From positions 1 through 33,252 of IMG/VR virus record IMGVR_UViG_3300025015_000089: DNA of 33,252 bases, one strand, 5' to 3'. The translations under genes were made by a program, and so were the position numbers. Source of the DNA: a virus. Its lineage: Duplodnaviria; Caudoviricetes. The notes beneath the pieces were generated by a model. The model had not been told where the DNA came from. It did not search any database and worked only from the letters and a program-made list of their open reading frames with translations. The number at the start of each line of letters is the position of its first letter. The first letter of the stretch is position 1. Below, piece by piece: positions 17,280-25,405 of this stretch.

Positions 17280-17774
17280 ATGTCGTGTGGAGTTTATATT
17301 AGAAAACCATTTTCAGAAAAAACTATACAGAAAATGTCTGAGTCGAAGAAGGGTAAAAATCATCCAAACTTTGGCAAACATTTATCAGAGGAAACTAAGA
17401 AAAAATTATCTGAGGCACGAAAAGGTAAACGCTTATCAGAAGAAACAAAACAAAAAATGAGACTATCAGCTATTAAAAGAATAGAACAAAACAACCTAGA
17501 TGGTAACCAACTGTGTCCTGCTTATAATCCGAAATCAATTCCTATCATAGAAGAATATGGTAAAGCTAATGGTTATTCATTCCAATATGCAGAGAATGGT
17601 GGAGAGCATTTTATAAAAGACTTAGGTTACTGGGTAGATGTGTATGATAAGACTAAAAACGTTGTTGTAGAATATTATGAAAGAGCTCATAAAAATAAAG
17701 TTGATAGAGATGAAATAAGAAAACAAGAAATAATAAATCATTTAAATTGTGAATTTATAGAAATTAGAGAATAA
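17280..17774 (+). CDS. NUMOD3 homing endonuclease (ENGGE/GYWVD family)
   Basis: NUMOD3 repeats; ENGGE...LGYWVDVYD...VVEYYE. Confidence 0.8.
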   Translation: MSCGVYIRKPFSEKTIQKMSESKKGKNHPNFGKHLSEETKKKLSEARKGKRLSEETKQKMRLSAIKRIEQNNLDGNQLCPAYNPKSIPIIEEYGKANGYSFQYAENGGEHFIKDLGYWVDVYDKTKNVVVEYYERAHKNKVDRDEIRKQEIINHLNCEFIEIRE

Positions 17775-17871
17775 AAATAAAAAAATTCATATTTATATAA
17801 ATAATGGATCTAACAAATTAAAAAGAGAATAAATAAACTCTATATATATTAAATATATTAGGAGAATAATT

Positions 17872-18114
17872 ATGACTACATCTCAGATGTTCCAAGAAAC
17901 GGTTACTAATGTGCGTACCCGATATTATCTATCTACGCCCATATTCTGGCGAAAATTAGGAGATGGTTTGTTAGGTGTATCTACTTTTTTAACAGGTGCA
18001 GCTATTTTGAGTGATTACAAGTGGGCTGCAATTGCATGCCTTGCAGTAGGAACTATTGGAAAATTTTTAACCAATTTCTTTAAAGAAGAAAATGATAAGA
18101 ACGATGCTAAATGA
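17872..18114 (+). CDS. Two-TM membrane protein, putative holin
   Basis: TPIFWRKLGD followed by two hydrophobic helices and a charged C-terminus. Confidence 0.6.
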   Translation: MTTSQMFQETVTNVRTRYYLSTPIFWRKLGDGLLGVSTFLTGAAILSDYKWAAIACLAVGTIGKFLTNFFKEENDKNDAK

Positions 18115-18872
18115 TAATATATAAAACTACAAATACTGTAAATAATAAAATTTATATAGGTAAAGATTCTTATAACAATCCAAAATATATAGGATCAGGA
18201 AAATTGTTATGGAAAGCTATAAACAAATATGGGAAAAAAGCTTTCATAAAAGAAATTATAGAAAGATGTTCTACTCAAACAGAATTAAATGAAAAAGAAA
18301 TATATTGGATTGATCATTATGATTCTACAAACCGTTCTCTAGGATATAATATAAGTTTAGGTGGAAGAGGAGGTAACTATGGAGTAAAATTCTCAGAGAA
18401 AACAAAGAAAAAAATGTCAAACTCACAGAAAGGCAAACACAGTAAACAATTTTCAGAAGAACATAAACAAAATATATCGAACTCTCTTAAAGGAAAAATT
18501 GGTGCATGCAAGGGAAAAAGTTTAAAACCATTAACAGAACAGCATAAGCAAAATATATCAAATGCCCTAAAAGGTAAAACATGGGAAGACAAATATGGTA
18601 AAGAAAGATCATTGGAGCTTAAAGAAAATTTATCTAAAATTAGAACAAATATAAAATATTCTGAAGAAGCTAGAAAAAATATGTCTATTGGTCATACTGG
18701 AAAAAAGTTTAGCTCTGATACAAAATATAAAATGAGGATTGCAAAACTAAATGTACCAAAGTCTGAAGAAGCTAAATATAATATGAGGAAACGATGGGCT
18801 AATTTAGAAGAAAGAGAAAAACAGTCTGATAGAATAAAACTATCGTGGGAGAAAAGACATAATGTCCATTAG
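18111..18872 (+). CDS. GIY-YIG (Seg-like) homing endonuclease
   Basis: IIYKTTN...IYIGK, YIGSG, GYNI motifs; NUMOD3 repeats. Confidence 0.9.
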   Translation: MIIYKTTNTVNNKIYIGKDSYNNPKYIGSGKLLWKAINKYGKKAFIKEIIERCSTQTELNEKEIYWIDHYDSTNRSLGYNISLGGRGGNYGVKFSEKTKKKMSNSQKGKHSKQFSEEHKQNISNSLKGKIGACKGKSLKPLTEQHKQNISNALKGKTWEDKYGKERSLELKENLSKIRTNIKYSEEARKNMSIGHTGKKFSSDTKYKMRIAKLNVPKSEEAKYNMRKRWANLEEREKQSDRIKLSWEKRHNVH

Positions 18873-19062
18873 AATAAATATTAAAATCGGAGATATTATA
18901 CTGACAGGCAAATGGAGAAACAAAAAAACTGAAATCAAATCAATCGACTATGATTCGACAGGGATCCCGTTAGTTAATGGTAAATCAATTGTTAATTTCA
19001 AATTTCCAAAAAAAGAAACAAAAACAGAGACAATTATAAAACTTAAAAATTTGTTGCATTAA
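18862..19062 (+). CDS. Small conserved phage protein (SH3/KOW-like)
   Basis: IKIGDIILTGKWRNK motif. Confidence 0.65.
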   Translation: MSIRINIKIGDIILTGKWRNKKTEIKSIDYDSTGIPLVNGKSIVNFKFPKKETKTETIIKLKNLLH

Positions 19063-19078
19063 ATCTTTAAAAAGAAAA

Positions 19079-19867
19079 ATGGGTAAAAAAACCACAAGAG
19101 AACTTCTAGGACCATTTACATCTGATTATTTTGTTGACCTGAGAAGTAAATATCTTGGTCATGAATCACCTAATAAAATTTTATTAAATATAGAACAACA
19201 TGACAAACGAAGGTATTCTTTATACAAAAATGATTTAGTTATCCTTAAACTATTCGAACATATTGGTATATATAATAAGTATGCCGTAGATATTGGTTGT
19301 GGCATCAATGACTCAGGTGATTCTAATACCTATTTATTTGAATATGAGCATGGGTTTAAGAGGACTATAATAGATAAAAAACTTAACGATTTTATTTCAA
19401 GAGAAAATGCGGTTACTTTATTAGAAAAATATAATACACCAAAAGAATTTGATGTGCTTTCTATTGATATAGATGGTGTTAATTTTTATATTTTAAATGA
19501 AATATTAAAAAATGGTTATAAACCCAACATTGTTACATTAGAAATAAATTCTCATCTTCCACCTGATAAGGATATGATTATAGACTATGATCCTAAATTT
19601 GCATTCTTTGGTTATTTATATTACGGCGCAAACGTTTTAGCATATACCAGATTAATGAATTATTTTGATTATTCACTAATTCACGTTTGTACATCAAACG
19701 GCATATATTTACAGAATCGTTTTATTAAAGAAGTTGATGATTTACCAATAGAAAAAGACTTAATAAACAATCCAGAAGCACATTTTATTATACCTGATAG
19801 AACCTGGTATAACCCATGTGTTGAAGATAGAGTGTGGTTAGAAAGTAAAGATATTATAGACAATTAA
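19079..19867 (+). CDS. FkbM-like SAM-dependent methyltransferase
   Basis: VDIGCG and FDVLSIDIDG motifs. Confidence 0.8.
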   Translation: MGKKTTRELLGPFTSDYFVDLRSKYLGHESPNKILLNIEQHDKRRYSLYKNDLVILKLFEHIGIYNKYAVDIGCGINDSGDSNTYLFEYEHGFKRTIIDKKLNDFISRENAVTLLEKYNTPKEFDVLSIDIDGVNFYILNEILKNGYKPNIVTLEINSHLPPDKDMIIDYDPKFAFFGYLYYGANVLAYTRLMNYFDYSLIHVCTSNGIYLQNRFIKEVDDLPIEKDLINNPEAHFIIPDRTWYNPCVEDRVWLESKDIIDN

Positions 19868-19883
19868 ACATTGGAGAAATTAA

Positions 19884-20141
19884 ATGGCAGACGACATAGG
19901 AACAGAATTAAAGAAACCTATATTGACAGAGGATTCTAAAACTATGTTAACAGAAAGTGTTACATTTGCAGATGAATTAGTAGGTTTAATAGCTAAATAT
20001 AAAATAGATATTAAAATAGGTATACCAAATTTTATATTAACTAATCATCTAGTTTCATACTTAAGTAATTTACAAGAGACTATGTTTTTGATAAAACAGT
20101 ATAATAAATTTCCTAAACCTAAACCAGATGCTTCCGTTTAG
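19884..20141 (+). CDS. Hypothetical protein
   Basis: GGAG RBS; PNFILTNHL motif. Confidence 0.65.
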   Translation: MADDIGTELKKPILTEDSKTMLTESVTFADELVGLIAKYKIDIKIGIPNFILTNHLVSYLSNLQETMFLIKQYNKFPKPKPDASV

Positions 20142-20179
20142 AATTTCTTACCAAAACACTAAATTATAAAGGAAAACTG

Positions 20180-20208
20180 TTGACTTTGTAGCTAAAATTG
20201 GTTATATT
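20180..20208 (+). promoter_or_regulatory. Sigma70-like promoter
   Basis: TTGACT-N17-TATATT. Confidence 0.75.
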
Positions 20209-20235
20209 TATTTATCATAAAATATAAGAAAAATA

Positions 20236-20445
20236 ATGAATAGATATGAATTTACATATTACGGCTTTATCCCGATTTATAATGATTTTGATCAAGAATG
20301 GGTAATTATTGAGGCCAATTCAGAATTTGAAGCAAGAGTAAAACTCAAAAAACGAAAAATTATAGCTTCTGAAATTCCCACTTTAGTATCAATAAATGGA
20401 AAAAAAATTAAAACTATAGAATCTGAGAGTTTACTCAAGGATTAA
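20236..20445 (+). CDS. Hypothetical protein
   Basis: Follows the promoter; IEANSEFEA motif. Confidence 0.6.
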   Translation: MNRYEFTYYGFIPIYNDFDQEWVIIEANSEFEARVKLKKRKIIASEIPTLVSINGKKIKTIESESLLKD

Positions 20446-20447
20446 AA

Positions 20448-20864
20448 ATGAATAAATTTAAAGAATTTAAAAACTATGTTCCTGTAAAATCTAATATAGA
20501 TATGGAAATAAAGCATATTTATCGTGATGCAGTCGAACTCAGGAAACTCGTAAATAGTGAATCTGATGCTGAATTCTTTTGGTATGGTTTAATAGAAAGA
20601 TTGTCATTTTATACAAAAACAGATAGTTTATGTATTGAGGTAAAAGAAACTATAAATTTGGCTGCTGAAACATTTGATAAGATAACTTCTGAGCTTACTG
20701 CCAAAGGAAAGCTATCAAATGGATATATAGATGAATTGATTGTGAGATATTTCTTTTTGAGGTCTTCTGATAAAGCATTAAAATATATTAAAACTAATTT
20801 TAACAAATTACAAAATAATTATATAATAACGTACTTAGAAGTTACAAATAATGAACAAAAATGA
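20448..20864 (+). CDS. Hypothetical protein
   Basis: AAGGA RBS; 138 aa. Confidence 0.6.
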   Translation: MNKFKEFKNYVPVKSNIDMEIKHIYRDAVELRKLVNSESDAEFFWYGLIERLSFYTKTDSLCIEVKETINLAAETFDKITSELTAKGKLSNGYIDELIVRYFFLRSSDKALKYIKTNFNKLQNNYIITYLEVTNNEQK

Positions 20865-21060
20865 TAAAACATTGATAGAATGTACAGCGATGTTGGAAAT
20901 AATAGGAGAAGAAGAAAAGGTTATGAGTAAAGCTCTTGAAACTCATAAAAAATTTGATAAAGTTCTATATGCTCTCTTGAATTACAGGGATAAGAAATTA
21001 GCTGAGATTAAAGAAACTGTTGAAAAAATAAGAAAAGAATCAAATTTCGGTACTAAATAA
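20851..21060 (+). CDS. Coiled-coil hypothetical protein
   Basis: 69 aa overlapping the upstream stop. Confidence 0.55.
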   Translation: MNKNDKTLIECTAMLEIIGEEEKVMSKALETHKKFDKVLYALLNYRDKKLAEIKETVEKIRKESNFGTK

Positions 21061-21202
21061 TGAATAAAAGAGAACAATGATCCGCACACTGCTTAGATTA
21101 ACCCAAGTATTTGCGTTGATCATATTGTTGTCTATAATATACAAATGTTTAGGTGATAGTATGAGTTCAAACCAAGATTCACTCTCAAAAGAATAAACTA
21201 GT

Positions 21203-21222
21203 TGGATTTCTCGAGAAATCCA
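21203..21222. repeat. Perfect 20-bp palindrome
   Basis: TGGATTTCTCGAGAAATCCA. Confidence 0.85.
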
Positions 21223-21289
21223 TGAATAAGAATACCAATTTGGGAAGAATTAAAAACTTCCCAACGAGGTACTATTAAGAAAGATTAAT

Positions 21290-21493
21290 ATGAATAAATC
21301 TAATATAGATACATTATTTGATAAATATAAATCACAATATATATATTATACACCATTATTTCCAGATGGTGCAATGAATAAAGAACAATTTACTAAAGCA
21401 ATAACTGAACTAATTAGCCAACTTCTTAAAGCGGAAGATGAGACTACAAATATTGACAAAATCTTAAAATTTTATAACAAAATCCTAAAATAA
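21290..21493 (+). CDS. Hypothetical protein
   Basis: 67-aa ORF. Confidence 0.5.
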   Translation: MNKSNIDTLFDKYKSQYIYYTPLFPDGAMNKEQFTKAITELISQLLKAEDETTNIDKILKFYNKILK

Positions 21494-21530
21494 AAATCTA
21501 AATAGATATTGTAGAATTTCAATAGTGTAT

Positions 21531-21585
21531 TGATATTACCTTGATATTAATATGATATTAATGTGATATCACTATGATATCATAC
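21531..21585. repeat. Five TGATAT-core repeats at exact 11-bp period
   Basis: TGATAT at 21531, 21542, 21553, 21564 and 21575. Confidence 0.85.
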
Positions 21586-22261
21586 AAGATGAAGAAATTC
21601 TACTCTAAAACGAGAACGCCTGCAGTCCTTCGCTACCAGCAGCTACCAGCAGCTGCATGAGCTAGCCTTTACTAGTTCTCTCTGAGCTAAGCAGTAAAGT
21701 TTATGCAGCCAATGGTTGTCAGCCTTAAAAATAGTTAATTGGTCATATTAAAAATTTAACAATATCAAGGAGTAACATTATATAAATGCCCATGCTGCAA
21801 AAAATGGGACAAAGCAGTACGACTTATTGCCTGCGCACCATCAAGTAAAACGAATGTAAATGTGACGCATTGAATCGCGCATAGTAATGGTTTGTCCGCC
21901 TTAATAAAATTATCAAGTATTTCTGGCGTGCCATCAAAGGAAATGAACTAAAATTTAATTAGTAATATTAATTTTATGTCATTACTTACGCTGGTACACC
22001 CGGGTATACGATTTATAATAGAACTGATTAGGTTAACCTAAGAGCGCTTAAACTAAATTTTAGACTAAATTTTAGATTAAGTTTGCATATACAGCTACTA
22101 AAATTTAGAATTGTTTCCGGTTATATTCATATTATAGTATAAAACCAACTTTGTTACCGGTTACCGCTACGAACCGCATCAAAACAATAATATGTGACAT
22201 TATGTCATGCAGTATGACACCGGTCCGGACGGTCCGGACTTCCCTATAATATATGGGAATA

Positions 22262-22432
22262 CTGTTGACTATATCGATGGAATTTTATATATGTACTTAA
22301 ACTTAAAATTTTACAATAAATCTGTTGACTATATCGATGGAATTTTATATATGTACTTAAACTTAAAATTTTACAATAAATCTGTTGACTATATCGATGG
22401 AATTTCATATATTTACTTAATTTTACAATAAA
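22262..22432 (+). repeat. 60-bp tandem repeat (two identical copies plus one variant), each with a sigma70-like promoter
   Basis: Units start at 22262, 22322 and 22382; TTGACT-N17-TATATG/TATATT in each. Confidence 0.9.
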
Positions 22433-22588
22433 CCTGTAGATTAATTCATATGAAAACAACCAAAAAAGTTACTTATTTTCAAATAGACCTAATGGATCCA
22501 TTAGCACGACCTAAGAAGAAATTTTGTACCCACACCGATAGGAAATTATGAACTTAAAAAATAAATTAAATAATTATTCACAAATTAA

Positions 22589-22634
22589 AATAAGCCGAAG
22601 ATAAAAATAATTCGCTTTGATTAGCGAGCTATAT
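22589..22634 (-). mobile_element. Degenerate attC-like site 1
   Basis: Minus strand ATATAGC-N5-AATCAAAGCGAA...TTCGGCTTATT; R' box missing. Confidence 0.5.
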
Positions 22635-22658
22635 TTTTGGCGGTGGTAAGGAGAAAAA

Positions 22659-22949
22659 ATGATAGTGCCAATTTTTATGCCGATGAGACTCATTGACCCA
22701 CCTAAATGCCCGAAGTGTAGAAGAGATGAAAACATAAAAAAAGTTTGCCGACACTGTGGACATGAATACAAATACGAACCGACTACTTGGTATAAAAAAA
22801 TAATTTTTACTAGTGTAATAGTTTTAATTTTATGGGTGGGCATAACAATAGCCTTGTGGTTACTGGAAAATTTAGTGGGAGATAATAAAACGCTTTGGGA
22901 ACAAATAAAACTGGAGTGGGAATGGATTTCATTATTGAAGTTTTGGTAG
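22659..22949 (+). CDS. Zinc-ribbon membrane protein (cassette 1)
   Basis: AAGGAG RBS; CPKC...CRHC followed by a TM helix; flanked by inverted repeats. Confidence 0.75.
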   Translation: MIVPIFMPMRLIDPPKCPKCRRDENIKKVCRHCGHEYKYEPTTWYKKIIFTSVIVLILWVGITIALWLLENLVGDNKTLWEQIKLEWEWISLLKFW

Positions 22950-22960
22950 CCGCCAAATAA

Positions 22961-23093
22961 ATATAACAACGACGTTGCCGATAAAACGCAATGGATAAAA
23001 TTTATAAATTAAACATTGGAGAACAAAATGAATTACTTAAAAACAAAATTAATCGTACTAATATTAGTTGCCGTTTTGATTGGCTTGTTAGGC
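22961..23093 (-). mobile_element. attC-like recombination site 2 (133 bp)
   Basis: Minus strand R'' GCCTAAC-N5-L'' AATCAAAACGGCAA ... TTGCGTTTTATCGGC ... R' GTTATAT; two extra bases in the L'' arm. Confidence 0.7.
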
Positions 23094-23543
23094 GGTTGCG
23101 GACAAAAAGAAAAAATTATAAAGGAAAATATAATGATTACTAAAGAACAGAAAGAATTAATGGATTCAGTCATCGAGAGGGCTAATAAAGACAAATGGAA
23201 AGATATTGTAACACCAACCCAATATTTAGAAAAGAAAGCAGAAGATGGCTCGCCAAATACACTTTGTGGCACACTTGTTATCCCTCGATATGATAAGCCG
23301 AAAATTTATTATAATGAAATTACGAAAGAATATCGGGTATATCTTCCCGCAACAATAAGCACAAAGTATATGCAAACATGGACGACAGTAAATTTATCAA
23401 TGATTGGGGAAAGAAACGAAATAGTCCATAGTTTAGAAAGTGCTAATAACTTAGTTGATAAATGGTATGAAGAACAATATGCCAAATTTAAGAAAGATGA
23501 AGAATTAGAGAAAATACATGCAGCGTGGAGGGAAATACAATAG
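23028..23543 (+). CDS. Putative lipoprotein (cassette 2); alternative internal start at 23133
   Basis: GGAG RBS, then MNYLKTKLIVLILVAVLIGLLGGC with lipobox; second AAGGA RBS before ATG 23133. Confidence 0.7.
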   Translation: MNYLKTKLIVLILVAVLIGLLGGCGQKEKIIKENIMITKEQKELMDSVIERANKDKWKDIVTPTQYLEKKAEDGSPNTLCGTLVIPRYDKPKIYYNEITKEYRVYLPATISTKYMQTWTTVNLSMIGERNEIVHSLESANNLVDKWYEEQYAKFKKDEELEKIHAAWREIQ

Positions 23544-23547
23544 CAAT

Positions 23548-23580
23548 CCGCCTAACATCGTTGCGGTTAAACTGCTGCGG
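23548..23580 (-). mobile_element. Half attC-like site 3 (L'/R' arm only)
   Basis: Minus strand CCGCAGCAGTTTAACCGCAACGAT-GTTAGGCGG; resembles the R' arm of site 2. Confidence 0.55.
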
Positions 23581-23736
23581 AAATAAAAATAAAAGAGACC
23601 GTACATGACAAAAACTGAACTAAGTACAGTTAAAGTCGGGATCATACCTGCGCCCATAGTTATAAGGAAAAAAGATTTTGCCCAGAATGTAGAGAGAGAT
23701 TAACAAAAGAAAAAGGTACAATTATTTGATATTTTT

Positions 23737-23994
23737 ATGAAAAAGAAACTTATTAAAGTGAAAGTTATAACTAGTGACTACATAAAAGCGAAAAACAGAG
23801 TACTCAAAAAATACCCTAATGCAAGACCGGTATGGGTATTAATAGGATGGACTATTTGGGCTACAACTAAGAGTGGTTATAACCGTATTTCTAATGGGTG
23901 TGAAAAAGTTAAGCATGCTTGGATGCATGCTGCTAAGGAAATTTCTCTACTAAGAGAAACCTCGAGGGTATACCGTAATAAAAATAATATATAG
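23737..23994 (+). CDS. Small basic hypothetical protein
   Basis: KKYPNA...AWMHAA pattern. Confidence 0.6.
   Translation: MKKKLIKVKVITSDYIKAKNRVLKKYPNARPVWVLIGWTIWATTKSGYNRISNGCEKVKHAWMHAAKEISLLRETSRVYRNKNNI
23940..23959. repeat. Dispersed 20-bp hairpin repeat, copy 1
   Basis: AATTTCTCTACTAAGAGAAA, identical at 29869-29888. Confidence 0.85.
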
Positions 23995-24028
23995 AAAGAT
24001 ATAATATATAACAGCTAAAGATTTACCA

Positions 24029-24412
24029 ATGGCTCCTAAAGGTACTCCTGTAATTGTAAAGCAGCAAGAAGCAGGAATTAATCCACAATGTAAATTTTAC
24101 GCAGGAATATATGGCCAATATAATCTTGAAGTGATTTTATTTCATCAGGATGGATCGAAGAAAAGAAACCTAAAATTGTATATATATAAACCTGTATATA
24201 AGTGGCGCCGTGGTCGATTTTATGAATCTTATGACGCAGCTATAGCTACGCATGCAGGTACTCTTACTAAACTTACAGTGAAATTTGTCGAAGCAACAGA
24301 TGAGACAGAGTGTACATGTATTAATGCCCTACAGTACAATGCCCATGGAATGATTAGGTGGCATGGGCATGCCGAATCTGATATTTATTATATAAGTACT
24401 AAAATTTACTAA
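24029..24412 (+). CDS. Hypothetical protein
   Basis: 127-aa ORF whose 3' end runs into a tandem repeat. Confidence 0.5.
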   Translation: MAPKGTPVIVKQQEAGINPQCKFYAGIYGQYNLEVILFHQDGSKKRNLKLYIYKPVYKWRRGRFYESYDAAIATHAGTLTKLTVKFVEATDETECTCINALQYNAHGMIRWHGHAESDIYYISTKIY

Positions 24413-24492
24413 AGTACTAAAGTTGTTAGCCGAATCTGATTAAATTTATTATATAAGTACTAAAATTTACTAAAGTACTAAAGTTGTTAGCC
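24371..24492. repeat. Two-copy tandem repeat of about 58-61 bp
   Basis: GCCGAATCTGAT...AAGTACTAAAGTTGTTA starting at 24371 and 24429. Confidence 0.9.
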
Positions 24493-24624
24493 AGTGATCC
24501 TAATTTGAAAATAATTAATTATTCGTAATTACGAAAAGATTTTGGAACGAAAAGCCCGGCTTAGCGTACTTAGTTGTACCAGGGATCCCGGAGAAATTCT
24601 ATAAATAATACTAGAGGAAACAAA

Positions 24625-24816
24625 ATGGAATATTTAATCAAAGCATTACAAATACTTCTGAAATATGCTAATTCAAAATATATAATACACTGTGAACACA
24701 ACAAATTACTTGCTGATATTAACCCAGAATTAATAAGTCTAGAAGACATAACAGAACTAGATAAGCTTGGATGTTATATTGACGAAGAACGTGAGGGATT
24801 CTCATGTTATATGTAA
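24625..24816 (+). CDS. Conserved small phage protein
   Basis: GAGG RBS; LIKALQILLKY...HCEH...ELDKLG. Confidence 0.7.
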   Translation: MEYLIKALQILLKYANSKYIIHCEHNKLLADINPELISLEDITELDKLGCYIDEEREGFSCYM

Positions 24817-24846
24817 GCTATACTTTGACAGTTAATGGGAATTCTG

Positions 24847-24875
24847 TTGACTTTCACAATAAAATGTTGTATATT
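24847..24875 (+). promoter_or_regulatory. Sigma70-like promoter
   Basis: TTGACT-N17-TATATT preceded by TGGGAATTCTG. Confidence 0.75.
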
Positions 24876-24942
24876 TACCTATAGAATTCAAGTTATATTA
24901 AAATTTAAATAATATTAAACAAAATAGAAAGAGGTTACTATA

Positions 24943-25278
24943 ATGGCTAAAATAAAACTAGCTAAAACTGGAATTACTAAAACTGATGAACTGATCGCAT
25001 TCGTTACTACTGTTGTCAATACTACTACAGGGAAGATTTCATATATTGCTAAAACGATAGATGGAACAGAGTATGATATTGCACAAAAGAAACTAAGTTA
25101 TGCGTATGCTAACAAAGGAGTTGTAAGAGGGAGACCCTATGTAGTAGAAAATGCAGCAGGTGAAATCACTTACAAATGGAGAGTTGTTAAGGAGAGATTC
25201 ATTAACAGGATTGACTCAACTGTAGAAGCTACTGTTAAGCCAAAAACATCGAAAACCATAAGTCAACTAGTTGCTTAA
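24943..25278 (+). CDS. Basic hypothetical protein
   Basis: GAGG RBS; 111 aa. Confidence 0.7.
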   Translation: MAKIKLAKTGITKTDELIAFVTTVVNTTTGKISYIAKTIDGTEYDIAQKKLSYAYANKGVVRGRPYVVENAAGEITYKWRVVKERFINRIDSTVEATVKPKTSKTISQLVA

Positions 25279-25345
25279 TAAAACTGTGATCACAGGTTTA
25301 TTAATGTCTAGATTAGACACTTTAAATATATAGTTTTTAGACAAT

Positions 25346-25396
25346 TTAAATGTGGGAATTCTATGTACTTTCATGTTAAAATTTTGTATATTTACT
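25346..25396 (+). promoter_or_regulatory. 51-bp promoter block, copy 1
   Basis: Identical to 27592-27642; contains TGTACT-N17-TATATT. Confidence 0.8.
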
Positions 25397-25405
25397 TATA
25401 TTAAT

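Noticed and set aside
21767-21950. Zinc-ribbon reading YKCPCCKKW
   Set aside because: No start codon and flanked by stops; at most a decayed fragment
22207-22431. 74-aa repetitive ORF
   Set aside because: A by-product of the 60-bp repeat; no RBS; overlaps promoter motifs
22262-22432. CRISPR array
   Set aside because: Units are contiguous and identical, with no unique spacers; no cas genes in the window
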